Shown: piece after piece, positions 10,469 to 23,047 of the stretch
Layout: each line of letters begins with the position of its first letter
How positions within the stretch are numbered: position 1 is the first letter of the stretch
IMG/VR virus record: IMGVR_UViG_3300028886_000051
Strand: one strand, 5' to 3'
DNA: 64,000 nucleotides
Source: a virus
Taxonomy: Duplodnaviria; Caudoviricetes
Made by a program: the position numbers and the translations under genes
The notes under the pieces: model-generated
Told to the model about the DNA's origin: nothing
What the model saw: only the letters and a program-made list of their open reading frames with translations
Database searches by the model: none

Positions 10469-11659
10469 ATGATGAAATTTACAATGAACGCAAAGGATTT
10501 AAAGGTAATGATGGAGAAGGGAATGGCTGCAATTAATAAAAAGGCAACACTCTCAACACTGACAAGACTGTATTTCCAGATAGATGAAAATGGAATTCTC
10601 AAAGTTTGGGGAACTGATATGGAACATTGGGCAGAAGTTAGAACGGATAATATTTATGATACGCAGCCAGGAGTTCTTGGAATTGATGTGGATGATATTA
10701 AAATCATATCAAAAATGAGTGGTGAAATCACGTTAGAGGATGTAACCACTGAGGATATGGAAATAGGCAAAATCAATATCAAGTGTGGAAAGAAAATTGT
10801 TACAATTCCACGTTATCAGAACATAGACATATTCCTTCCGTCAATGGATGAAAGCGAAAAGAAAATCATGTCTGTAAAAGAGAATTGGTTACTTGAAACA
10901 CTTGTCAATCTTAATACATATACAAGCGATGTAGATAATTATAATAAGATGATACAGGTATTCAATTTTAATACAAAGTCAAAGAGGATTGAAGCTCTTG
11001 ATGGTCATAGAATTGGAATGAGAACACTTGAAAATCAAACAATTTATGAGACAACGGAAAATCTATTTGATACAGTAAAAATTCATAATAAGTGTGTTCC
11101 TGTATTTAAGAAGCTGATGGATAAGAAGTCTGAAAAGGAAATTGAAATCTATCAGGATGAAAAATATATCAGGCTTGAAGGAAATGATTTTACATACATT
11201 ATTCGTAGAATTGACGGAGATTATTTCAAAGTAGACAGTATGCTTAATATGTCTGATGATTATAGATTTGTACCTGATAGAGAACAGATTCTTGAAGCAA
11301 TGAAGTATGATGCAGAATTAAGAAAGACATCTGGTGCAGATAAGAAACCAGTCGTATTACATAGTGAAAATGGAAACTTATATTCATACATTGCAGCAGG
11401 TAAATATGAAGCATTTGATGAATTTGAGACTAGCGAAAATAACATGAAGGACAACTTCTATATTGGTTTTGATCCGCAGTTCCTAACAGATGCATTTAAC
11501 ATTGTTGATTCTGATAAGCCTTTATGTTTTGGTACAGGTAACAAAGCACCATTACTTATCAATGGAGATGAATACAAGATTTTAGTATTACCTGTAAACA
11601 TTGGGAATGAAGATTATAGTGCAGAATTTACAAAGAGAATTAGAGGTGAGGTGGCATAA
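10469..11659 (+). CDS. dnaN: DNA polymerase III beta-clamp-like protein
   Basis: About 400 aa; GTDME, ALDGHRI, RRIDGDY, IGFDPQFLTDA and LVLPV motifs. Confidence 0.8.
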   Translation: MMKFTMNAKDLKVMMEKGMAAINKKATLSTLTRLYFQIDENGILKVWGTDMEHWAEVRTDNIYDTQPGVLGIDVDDIKIISKMSGEITLEDVTTEDMEIGKINIKCGKKIVTIPRYQNIDIFLPSMDESEKKIMSVKENWLLETLVNLNTYTSDVDNYNKMIQVFNFNTKSKRIEALDGHRIGMRTLENQTIYETTENLFDTVKIHNKCVPVFKKLMDKKSEKEIEIYQDEKYIRLEGNDFTYIIRRIDGDYFKVDSMLNMSDDYRFVPDREQILEAMKYDAELRKTSGADKKPVVLHSENGNLYSYIAAGKYEAFDEFETSENNMKDNFYIGFDPQFLTDAFNIVDSDKPLCFGTGNKAPLLINGDEYKILVLPVNIGNEDYSAEFTKRIRGEVA

Positions 11660-13255
11660 GCCACCTTGCTTCTGGAAGGAGTGAATTAAAATGATTTGTG
11701 CATTGATTGAAAGAATAGAAGAAGGATACAGATTTGATTGTCAATTTATGGGATATGGAAACCATACTCTTAGAGAAGCATTTAAAATGGAAGGAATAGA
11801 TATTGAAAAAGAATTAGACAAAATGAAGATTGGCGAAGCTAAAGTATGGAATATTGGTTGGTTTCCAAATGATATTTGCAAGAGAAGATATTTACCTGAA
11901 AAGGTAATAAAATGTGTGTAGACAATTCCAAAGGAAAGAACTGTTTCTTGAAGAGAAAGTGAGGTAGCGAATATGAAAAAAGATTTTGAGATTGAATACA
12001 GAGATGAACAGATAAAGGATTTAAAAGAAGCATTAGCAGGAACTAAAAGAGAGACAGGCTATTTTAATCCATTAAAAGGTAAATGGGAAATAAATTATTC
12101 CTCGATTCTAACAAAGTTAATTCAGGAAGCTGGTCGTTGGTGTGAATATTATGCAAGTGATTTGTTTGTTACATGGAAGTATAACATTGATAAAAAGTTG
12201 GATGACGGAACTATGGATACGGATCAGCTTGTATTCGGATTTAGAAAAGATGGTGTAGATCATAAAGAATGGTATGAATTGCATAAGAATGACACAGGCA
12301 GATATAGAGCGGTGTGGTTCTTAGATGTAACAGTTAATGATGGAAAAATGGAAATGGTGTTACACAAATAAAGGAGAGTGATTAGTATGTACAGAGTATA
12401 TCAATTAACAGACGAAGAGAAAGATAAAATTGTGCGATGTCGTTGGGATGGAGATACACATTATTATGATGTATTTGAATCACAAGAAGAGTGCGATGAA
12501 GAACAGAAAAGACTAGATAAAATTGAAGCAGAATATAAAAAACAGAAAGCTGATTATTTAAAAAATTGTAAGGGAGAGTGATTAAAATGTTTAAATATAT
12601 TATCAGTTATGATGGCGGTCAGTTAAGAGACAGTGGAGATTTTGAATGGGGATTATTTAATTCCTATGGTGAAGCTGAAGAAGAAGCCAATAATGCAAAA
12701 GAAGAATACATGAGAGATTGGGATATTGAAGGCAGCGGATATGATCCTGATGATTTCTGTATTGAAATTGAGGAGGTGTAGATTATATGTTAAATAACTC
12801 AAATTTAAGAACTACAAAATGTATAAATGTATTTTCTGATATGAATACATGGATTGATTTTGTAATCATTCCTTGTAATGATGAGGATTTTACAAAGGCA
12901 GAAGAGATCATTAGCAAAGCATATGATGATTGGTGGACACTTCCTGATGCAGAGTTTGAACCAATAGCAGATTGGATCTGTAGATGTCTGAATAACAATG
13001 ATATTGAGTTTGAGATTTATTTTAAGAATGAAGAGGAGGAGAATGATTAAAATGAAGAGAACAGCAAAAGAAATTAAGCAGCAAACGGAAGAATGGTTAG
13101 ATGAACGGTGGATGATTGCAAATATGAAAGATGCAAGACCACAAGATATGAGTTATTACATGGGAGCATTAAAGGCTCTTGAATTTGTAGGTTACGAATG
13201 GAAGCGTGATGCAGATGGAAAGCATACATTATTTAAGTAGATTGGAGTGATTAAA

Positions 13256-13444
13256 ATGTGCAAACATAAATCAAAAAAACTACGAGAATTTGAACCGATT
13301 CTTAAGGCAAATGGCTATCACGAAATTAGAAGTCGTGGTAGTCATTTTATTTATGGAAATGGGAAAAATCAAATTACAGTAAATAAGGATTTGAATAAGA
13401 TGGTTCGTAGAAGATTAATAAAAGAGAATAAGTTAGTAAAGTAA
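13256..13444 (+). CDS. hicA: HicA-family toxin-like protein
   Basis: ILKANGYHEIRSRGSHFIY contains the catalytic GSH motif. Confidence 0.75.
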   Translation: MCKHKSKKLREFEPILKANGYHEIRSRGSHFIYGNGKNQITVNKDLNKMVRRRLIKENKLVK

Positions 13445-16400
13445 AAGGAGGAGAATTATGCCACACATGAATTTAAGAATAACAAAAGAACAAGAAAAAA
13501 TGTTAAATCAGGAATTTGAGGGAACAGAATGGTGTCCACATTGTAATATGGAAACAGATTATAAATTTAATCCAATGAAAGATAAAAATATAGTGTGTGA
13601 ACACTGCAAAACAGAAATAAAGCCTTGTTCATTATGTGATAGTGGAAAAATATGTGATGATTGTGAAGATAGAATCAAAGCTTCGCTATTACATTTTAAT
13701 GGATTGTGGAACAATGAAGTTAATGGAAAATATTAATGTTAAGGAGAGTGATTTAAAATGAGATACAAAAATATAACTGCTGATTTCATTGATAGAGATT
13801 TTCTTTGTTTTACCAGTGATGAACATGAAGGGACTATTGCTATCGTAACAACTGATGAACTTATTGATTTAACAAATGAGATTAGAAAGAAACAAGGTAA
13901 TACAGATTTAGTTGGAATTGAATATGATAATAAAGTTTATTATAACTTTTATCTTATGTTCAATACCGAAAAGAAGTCAATCAGTATTCAAGCCGTATGT
14001 AATTATGGAGAAAAAGATGATGAAGTGTATTATGAACTTCCTATGACAAAGAAAGAAAAAATAAATGTAATATGGAAGCTTGTTAATATGCTTGCAACAG
14101 AAATTCACAATATCTAAGAAATAGCAATTTCATTTTAAGATTGGAGGAACAGAATATGTTAGATTATACAAAAATTACATTCAATGAGTTAGATGACACA
14201 GACAAGCCATTACAGGCATTCTACAATTATGATTTAAAAGAAAGCGAAATTGATAGCTTTTTGGAAGAGTACGCAACTATTGAAGAAGTTCCAGAAGGTG
14301 TATCTATTCAGAAAGTAGAACTATGCTTAACGATTTACGCACAGCATGATTTCAAATTAGAAGCTTGTTGCACAGATACAAATAACGAACAGTATTGGGT
14401 TGAAATTAATAAGCAGTTTACAAATGCAGATGAATTTATTCAGATGATTCCTAATTATGGAAAGATAAAATTATAAGAATGGAGGTATAAGATATGCACA
14501 TTCACACAGTAGAAGAAGATTATGAATATAGAATGAAAAACATTATGAAGAAATTTGTCAAGGATTACGGACTTGAAAGTATTGATGATCCTGAAACATT
14601 ACAAGATACATTGTGGTATGACTATGCAGAAAAATTTGCTCATGCAGTGCTACAAGATATGAACGATTTTTCTGGCGATGAACTATTTGAGATTGGAGAG
14701 TGATTTATATGTTAAAGGCAATAAATATTAAATGGGACACAGACGGAGATATGGAAGTGTTAAATGAACTTCCAACGGAAATGATTATTCCTGATGAACT
14801 AGAAGAAATGTACAAGAAAGATAAAGAATATGCACTTGAAGAGATTTCAGATTGGCTATCAGATGAGACAGAATTTTGTCACGCCGGATTTGAGATTGAG
14901 AAAGTGATTACAAAAGAGTCTGTTGAGAATGATTTATACGATTTCTTCAATGACAAAATGGAAACTGGTGATGCACCTGAAATTGAAGGAGTGTGGAAAC
15001 AATATGATCCTGCAAACGGTAAGATCATTACTATTGATTGTGTAGGTGGGAAGCAGATTAGATTGATTATTCAGGTAGACTAAGGAGTGATGATATATGA
15101 AAACAATTATAGTAACTATTGAAGTATATGATAATTCATCAGTAGAAGATGTAGAAAGAGCAGTTAGTGCAGGGCTTGATAGTAACGGAATTGATTGTAC
15201 TTATGATGTGGAAGAAAAAGAAGAGTAAACAAGAGTTTCAAGTCTTTTTAGAATGGAGGTTTATATGAAAACAGAAAGATTATTGAGAGCTGATGGGATA
15301 ATCTATGGAAATGTGAAGGGATATTACGAAGATAAGCATACATATACTTTTGTTATTAATGGAAAAGATATTGTGTTTCCAAAAGCAAGATATAAATTAA
15401 ATAAAAAAGATAGATATTATGATATAGATAACAGATGAAATGAGGATTTATTGTGAAGATTGGAGGAAAACATTATGAGTAAAGATAGATGGGAAGTATT
15501 AAGAAATTGTGCAGATTTTCAAGAAATCTATGACTATGTATTTAATAAATATGGAGTTGAAGATTATTGCTCTATACTAGATAAAATCGAAGATGAACTT
15601 GAAACTTATGAGAACTCATCAAGTGAAAAATGGCAAGAAGCAGTAGAAAACGGAAATATTCCAGATTCGATTCAGTGGTTTTGTGGAATGATTGATACAG
15701 AATACTTCCTGAACGAATGTTGGATTTAAAATATAATGAAACGATGATTTACTGGGAAGATTGGAGGAAATCGAATGGAAGAAAGAATAGAATCTATTAA
15801 AAATAGAATAGATGATTATTTACAGAATGCAAATAATGAGTCAGATTGTTGTAAAAAAGAAGGATGGATTGATTTGGCAGCGAGATGGGAACAATATTTA
15901 AAAGAAATATCAGGTATTGAATATAGGAAAGAAGAGTGTGGTTTATCTAGTATTTAAATGAATAGGAGTGATAATATGAATGAAACGCAAGAAAAGGTAT
16001 ATGGCTTGTTGGGAAGTTACTTAGAATACTGTAAGACAAACGGATATACAGATTTCAGAATGTGGTGTGAAGATAATATTGATACTATTAATGAAGATGC
16101 ATTAATAGAAGATATTTACGAAGAAGTAAATTATGTAGCTGATAAATTATTTGAATAGAAAGAGAGGTTGATTATATGACTATGCAAAAAGAATATGAAC
16201 TCAATAGAAAATGGATTGTAGATGATGTTGGAGAAACTATTGGAGAAACAAACTTTGTTATTGCTGAAGAATTTTTGTTAGCACATTGGAAAGAATGTCC
16301 CAATTATGATGAGGAGGAAAATATTGAAGATTTCTTAGAAACATATGTTCCTGAAGAAGATGGGCAGTATTTATATGAGTTAGCTAAAGATACAGGAAAT

Positions 16401-17250
16401 TTAATTGAAGATATTGGGCAAATTCTTTATTAATTAAAAATAAAAAGGAAACGGAAATTTCAAGTTTGAAAGGAGATTGATGATATGACAGTTATAGAAT
16501 TTTGTTTAAAGAAAACACAAGTTGGAGAATTGTGTGTATTCAGAGGTGATGGTTGGATTATAGGTACAACATGGATTGACCATGAGGATTTATTTACAAT
16601 GGATAACGAAATCAGGAATAAAGAAGTAAAATCTGATGAATGGGGCACATTAACAATTACAACAGAACATGGAGATAAAATTCAAATCCCATGTCATTAT
16701 ATTGATTTTTAAATAGAAAGCGAGGTGAGAACAATGATTAAAGATATGAAAACATATTTTTCAGAATGGTTTAATATTATCCCGAAAAGTATAGCTTTTC
16801 AATTATGGAAAGATAAAGACAAAAGCTTTTCTGTATTACGTTCTGATGGTACAGATTGTTATGCAGATTGTTACAATAGTTGGGAAGAGATTCCTAAAGA
16901 TGCTTTGTTTGGCATCGAAAAAATAATAGTAATATAGATTTTAGAAAGAAGGTTGATTTTTATGAGAAGAGAAGATTTTAAAAAGATTATTAAATTAAGA
17001 AGTTGCTGGAAAATTGATAGAAGAAAGGGGGATTATAAATTATTAAATGGAAACCATTTGTCAGACTACATAAGAAGTTTAGTTGAATCTCAAATGAAAC
17101 TTGACAATTTGGGTATAAGAGAAAATGGAGATTTGTGTTTCGTCTCAGGTGGCGAATGGAATACAGAAACAAACGAGTTTGATAATTACACTCTTATGCC
17201 AGCGTTTCAAGGGGATGAAATCTGTTCTTACGATGAAATGGAAAGGAGAA

Positions 17251-17679
17251 TTAATTGTTTAATTCGTGAATTAATAGGTTAACTCTGCTGTTAATAGCAT
17301 CAATAACTTTGTCGGATAAACCATTCCATTGTGGTTTCATTGAAAAGAAATCAGTCATTATAATAGAGGCAAAAGCATTAGCATCTACTTCAGCAATCTG
17401 AAGATTATATTCTTCAACTGATGAACATTTATTAGATGGTTTATATCCTGATAAATAAAATTCTTCATCAGTTTGGTATTGCCAAATGTGACGAAGTTCA
17501 TGAGCAATGGAAAACAAATAATCTGGATTAGGTTTATCTTTATAAAGGTAAATAGTATTATTGACTACATCACATTGAGCCATAGTGGTATCTGTAGCAA
17601 AGCCTGCTACATCATAAGATACATATGGCTCTTTTATATTAAGTAAATAACAAATGTCAGTTATATATTCTTCTATCAT
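17251..17679 (-). CDS. Putative zinc metallopeptidase (ImmA/IrrE-like)
   Basis: AHELRH (HExxH) plus EVDANAFA; GGAGG SD on the minus strand. Confidence 0.7.
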   Translation of the reverse strand: MIEEYITDICYLLNIKEPYVSYDVAGFATDTTMAQCDVVNNTIYLYKDKPNPDYLFSIAHELRHIWQYQTDEEFYLSGYKPSNKCSSVEEYNLQIAEVDANAFASIIMTDFFSMKPQWNGLSDKVIDAINSRVNLLIHELNN

Positions 17680-20600
17680 GATTAATTCCTCCGATGGAGA
17701 ATATTATAACAGAAAAATTAAGAAAGGTAAAAGGTAAATATTATGAGAGAATTTAAAATTAAAAACATGAAGTATAGAATTGTAAACAGATATACAGGGA
17801 ATTGTGAAATTAATGAATATAATAAAAAATATAACTTGTTATCTTTTAATCAGAGATTGAATGGTTGGACAAGAGTTGCATCTTGTAACACTATTGAAGA
17901 AGGCAAGAGAATTGCAGAAGAAATTAAAATATAAAATGAAAGTCCTTGTTATGGGACATACAATAGTATATAATTTAGATATAAAAATAGAAAGAAGGTA
18001 TTATTATGACAGGCGTTTTAACTATTATAGTATTTGGAATTCTTTATTATTACAGTAAAAAAGTAGAATCTTGTAGGAAACAAGATATGTATAACCATTT
18101 AAATCAGCAGTCAAGAGATGAAATGGAAAAGTGGAGAAAATAAGAAAGGTAGGTTGATTATAATGTTAGGTTTATTGTTTTTAGGTATGATTGGTGTTAG
18201 CGGTATTAAAGCAGCTTATGATAATTATGAAATGAAAAACTATACACGAAAAGTTGATAAAGATGGAAATGTTCATTATATGGACAGATTGTGCAATGAT
18301 TACATCAATGGAGAGCGAGTAAAGAGAGTTGAAACAACGGATAAAGATGGAGTAAAATTATATTCTACAGTTGGTATGAATAGTAGTAAGGTGTATGATA
18401 CTTCTTATGGAAGGGGTACACAGCAGTTATTTGCAATGAGTGAACATGATAAACAGGAAAATCTAAAATACGGAAAAAATGTATATAGTCAATACAATCC
18501 ATATTTCGGAAAAACTGTTACAACTGAAATTAGTTCAGGAAGAACGATTACTTGTCTGTTTAGCGGAAAAAATAGCAAAACTGGAAAAGAGTTTTATAGA
18601 GTATGGTATTTTCGTCCAGAATGTCAGGGAAAACTTGATTATAATAAGACTGTTGAAGGAGATATGGGTATTGAAATTACAAAGGAAGAATTTAGTAAGT
18701 TAAAATTTGGAGTTTTGACATGTAAATCAATACCAAGTGATTATAACGTGACTAAAAAATTATGGGGGTATGATTAATGAATAAGCAAAGAAGAGAAAAG
18801 ATAAGGCAACTCAAAACTCAAATTGATTTGATTAAAACCGATTTGAAGAAAGTTTCAAGTGAGTTATCTTCTATATTAAATGAAGAACAGGATGCATTTG
18901 ACAACATGCCAGAAGGATTACAAAGCAGTTATAGAGGAATGTGTTCTGAAGATGCAATTGATAGCATGGAAGAAGCGAGTGATAAGCTGGACGAAGTAAT
19001 TGAATTATTGGATGATATTATGTAGAAAGAAGGTAGTTTTATATGGTAAAGAAAAGTTTAAATGGAATAAAAAGAGTAAGATTTTGCGATTATACAGAGT
19101 ATGAGTCTGGAAAATCCAACAACGGTGGTTGCTATGGTTTTTGGACTGATTATGATCTACTTGAGAATGGAAAATGGGAGGTAAGTTATGGAACAACAGC
19201 AGATTTTGAATATTGTCCTGTGTGTGGCAGCTTCACTGACCATTATGAAGGTGATGATTGTTGTTATGAATCTGGTTACAGTTGCGGAGAGTATGATACT
19301 GTGACAGAAACTGAATTACTTAAACAAATTAACAAATTTGAAGAAACGGATGATAAATATATTGAATATAACTAAATAATAGTTTCTTTTAGAAGAATGG
19401 AGTGAGATTTATATGTTTAAGTGGAAAGATTATGAGGAAAATACGGCACTATTCATTGATGGAATTAGTGAAAATGTAGCAATTTTAAGATACAAAGATT
19501 TTCAGTTGACAGATGCAGCTACAGGATTAAAAGTGAAAATGAAATCGTCCAATATTGATGAGGCGAAAGTTGATTCTGAAAATTTCTTGAAAGAATTTTG
19601 GAACAGAGTAGAGAATAATTATAAGAGAAACTTAGATGCATTAAATTAGAAGCCAAGTAAACCAAGTTTTCATGTGATAGAGGTGTTAATATGAAAATTA
19701 AAAGAATAGTGTATTATTCAGTACCAAGATCAGAATCAAGCATTTGTTCTTGTTGCGGAAAATCTATTCAGAATATATGTAGCATTGAAACCGTAGAAGG
19801 AGAACGTTTTAATTTTGGAACAACATGTTTTGATAAGCTGATAAAAGATAAACTTCGGGCATTCCAGAGAAAAGAATACAATCAAGCGATAAAATTTCTG
19901 AAGGGATATTATAAACAACAAAAAGTATGGGAAAATATGACAAAAGAAGACTATCTTGGTTCAGAAATGTATAGAACTGCTTGTATATGTGATGGTGGTG
20001 CTCCATGGGAAACAAAAACAGGTCTTGACTCATTTGAAGACTATAAAAATTGGATGTTAAATGATTTCTTCCCATACAGAATTGAACAAGAAGAAAAGGT
20101 AATTGAGAAATATAGTAGAATTGATTTTTGAATAACAATTTGAAATCTAAGTTTCAAAGAAAAGGAGAGCAATATGAATATAGAGGATAGATTAAGGCAA
20201 GAACATGATCAGTGGTATATTGATATTACAGACATTGCGATTAAAATGTTTGGCGATATTGTTGATAAGGTAGAAATTACTGATTTTTATGATTATACAA
20301 AAGAAGAAGCAATTGAAGGCGCAAAAGTTCTTATTGAAAAATTAAATTTAAAAGATTCTGGGATTACCTTTGATGGAGAAAACATGCTTGTTACTTTTAA
20401 AAATGGAAAGAAAATTGAAATTTGGAACTCTGAATGGGGTGGAATTAGATTTCCAGAAGACAATGAATTTTAATTTTATTATGAAAGGAAAACCTATGGG
20501 ATATTCGGGAACAATTAAAAATGTTATTACTAACATAACTACTCAAAATGATATATATGTAAATATAACCAGTACAACTAGAATGCATATATATAAAGAA

Positions 20601-21377
20601 GATCTTGATAAAACATGGTATATAGTTGCTTGCGAAGTTTTAAAAAATAAAAAATATATAGAAGAATCAAATATGTCGGCTTGCAACATAGAAGATTTAA
20701 AAAGAATTGTTGGAATTAGCTATATACATTGTAATGAATTTTAACTTTCTTTGGTTGTGAAAGGAGTGGTCATATGATTAAAATAATAGGTAAAACTGGT
20801 AAATCAGAAATTGCAAATGCAATTCAGAAATATAGTGGAGCTGAAATTTATTCATATTATAATACAATGCTACCATTTGAGCATTGTTATCATGTCAATG
20901 ATGATGAATGTAATGTTGTAGAGTTCTGTGATTTTATAGTAGATAATGTAAAAGAAAAGGTAAATGAAAATGATGGTCTTCCATTAAGTATGATTGTGAT
21001 ATATACAAATCTATCAGATATATCTGATACTGGTCACTTATATGCTTATGCAGCAAGGCTTGAAGAAGTAGAGAAATTAGTTGGAACAGTTGTTGTAATA
21101 AGCCATTGAAAGAATGATTTATAAACATTTTACAACAGATTGGAGATGATGTTATTGAAAAAAGAAAAAGAAGTAAAAGAACTAATGATACTTAGAACCA
21201 GAATCTGTGGAATTATTGATGGTGCAATAATTTCCACTATGGAAAGTGATGATGACATATTAAAAAAGTACAAAGTTTCACTACAAGAAACTTTAAAGGA
21301 AATTGAAAGTGATATCAGTAAATTAGAAGAGGCAGAGTAACATCTGCTTCTTTTTATATGAGAAAGGAAGTAATACA

Positions 21378-21614
21378 ATGTGTCGATACAAAAATGGAAA
21401 CCCCAAAAAGTCAAGCAAATTCATATGTTTGTCTTGTGGTAGAGTAATCATGGAGGGGATACAAAGACCAAAGCAAAGAGAAAAATATCATATCAAAGAT
21501 TTGTATTGTGTATTTGAAGGAAAAGATAGTAAATCAGTAGAAGTTAGATGGTGTGATAATATAAATGAGATTAGAAAACATCTTCCTGAACTAAGAAGAG
21601 AATATAATATGTAG
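21378..21614 (+). CDS. Small zinc-ribbon-like hypothetical protein
   Basis: FICLSCG...HIKDLYC. Confidence 0.55.
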   Translation: MCRYKNGNPKKSSKFICLSCGRVIMEGIQRPKQREKYHIKDLYCVFEGKDSKSVEVRWCDNINEIRKHLPELRREYNM

Positions 21615-21631
21615 AAAGTGAGGTTGATTAT

Positions 21632-22612
21632 ATGTGTTATAAAATAGATATGCAGAATAAGAATGCAGAAAAACTCAATAGGAAACTTAATGAATTAAAT
21701 CTTCCTATATATATGAGAAAATATTTTACTGTTAAAATAGAGAGTAAAGCAGGTGCATTAAATTATCTTGGTGTTATTGTAGATTTACTCAATTGGTTTA
21801 TTGAAGAGAAACTTATTGATAAAACAAATATTCCAGATATTAAGCCTTCAGATTTTAATAATATAATGGCAGAAGATATTACATTATATCTAAAAACAAA
21901 AGAGAAAAATGGAATATCACCTACCACTTTAGAAACAAGAAAAAATATTATACGCAGCTTTTGGAATTATATTAGTCGTGTAAAAGGAACTGATATTTCT
22001 GATAAATTCTTTGATGATGTGAATTATAAGGGAATTTCATCAGGAAACAATTTAATTAAAAAATTTCCAACTGAGCTGCAATTAAAAGACATGGAAGAAA
22101 GAATAATGTGGAAAAAAGATATTCCTGTTAGAAATAGAAATATTGCTATCTTTCGTGTGTTAAGAGGAACTGGAATAAGAGAATCAGAACTTGCAGGGTT
22201 GGATTTATCTGACTTGCACTTAGATGAAGACATGCCATACATCACTATTCTTGGCAAAGGTGTATACAGAGAAATGCAAAATAGAATTGTATATCTTAGC
22301 GGAACAGCTTTAAAAGCCATAAGAGAATGGTTAGAATACAGAAGCACATTAGATAATATTGTAGATACAAAAGCAGTCTTTATTAATAAAAATGGAAAGC
22401 GTACAACAGAAGACAACATAAAAGCAATCTTTAAGAATTATGGAAATGGAATTACTCCACATATGATGAGACATTATTATGCATCTGTAATGGCTAGTAA
22501 GGGAAATATTGTTTTTGCACAACAACAGCTTGGACATAGTAGTATGAGTACAACAATTAATAATTATGCTAATGGTTCTATTGGAATGAAGGATGTATTG
22601 AAAAATATGTAA
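21632..22612 (+). CDS. Tyrosine recombinase (XerC/D-sized, no arm-binding domain evident)
   Basis: Full catalytic set: GIRESE (R), GKG (K), TPHMMRH (HxxR), LGHSS (H), TINNY (Y). Confidence 0.92.
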   Translation: MCYKIDMQNKNAEKLNRKLNELNLPIYMRKYFTVKIESKAGALNYLGVIVDLLNWFIEEKLIDKTNIPDIKPSDFNNIMAEDITLYLKTKEKNGISPTTLETRKNIIRSFWNYISRVKGTDISDKFFDDVNYKGISSGNNLIKKFPTELQLKDMEERIMWKKDIPVRNRNIAIFRVLRGTGIRESELAGLDLSDLHLDEDMPYITILGKGVYREMQNRIVYLSGTALKAIREWLEYRSTLDNIVDTKAVFINKNGKRTTEDNIKAIFKNYGNGITPHMMRHYYASVMASKGNIVFAQQQLGHSSMSTTINNYANGSIGMKDVLKNM

Positions 22613-22622
22613 AGGACGGTAC

Positions 22623-22694
22623 TTATTTAGTATCATCCTTTTTTATAAAGTTAATATTAAGTTGTAAATCTAAAGCATTACATATTTTATATAG
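22623..22694 (-). pseudogene. C-terminal remnant of an Xre-type HTH protein
   Basis: Minus strand reads LYKICNALDLQLNINFIKKDDTK*, preceded by an in-frame TGA and no start codon. Confidence 0.5.
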
Positions 22695-22756
22695 TCAACT
22701 ATAACCCAATAGGTAAATTAAGTACCATTTTGTTGCCAAAATCATAATAAACAATA

Positions 22757-22808
22757 CGAACAAACGTTCGAAAATACTCTTGACAAATTCGAACAAGTGT
22801 TCTATTAT
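22757..22808 (+). promoter_or_regulatory. SigA promoter overlapped by two LexA (Cheo) boxes
   Basis: CGAACAAACGTTCG 22757-22770 and CGAACAAGTGTTCT 22790-22803; TTGACA (22780), 17-nt spacer, TATTAT (22803). Confidence 0.85.
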
Positions 22809-23047
22809 TGTTCTTGTAAAAAATGTAAAAAGGACTAAGCATATGTGGTTGCCGCCACGCTTAGTCCCTAGTAAACAAACGGAAAAAAGAATATTCCGCT
22901 TTCTTATTCTACAATATTGTTTGTAGAATGGTCAAGTCTAATATTCTGAATTTCCAAAAAATTCCAATTAAACAAAAATGAATATTGTTATTTGAGTAAC
23001 AAAAAATACTGTTATTTGTATTTTGTGTACCCAAAATTAAGAAAGGA

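Larger units (their letters stand above)
4039..21340 (+). other. Array of several dozen short, often acidic, hypothetical phage genes (early/accessory region)
   Basis: Tightly packed co-oriented ORFs, mostly 60-220 aa with strong SDs, e.g. 4039-4344, 4331-4699, 4702-5316, 5894-6256, 6607-7017, 8869-9354, 11973-12371, 18777-19025, 19691-20131. Confidence 0.8.
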
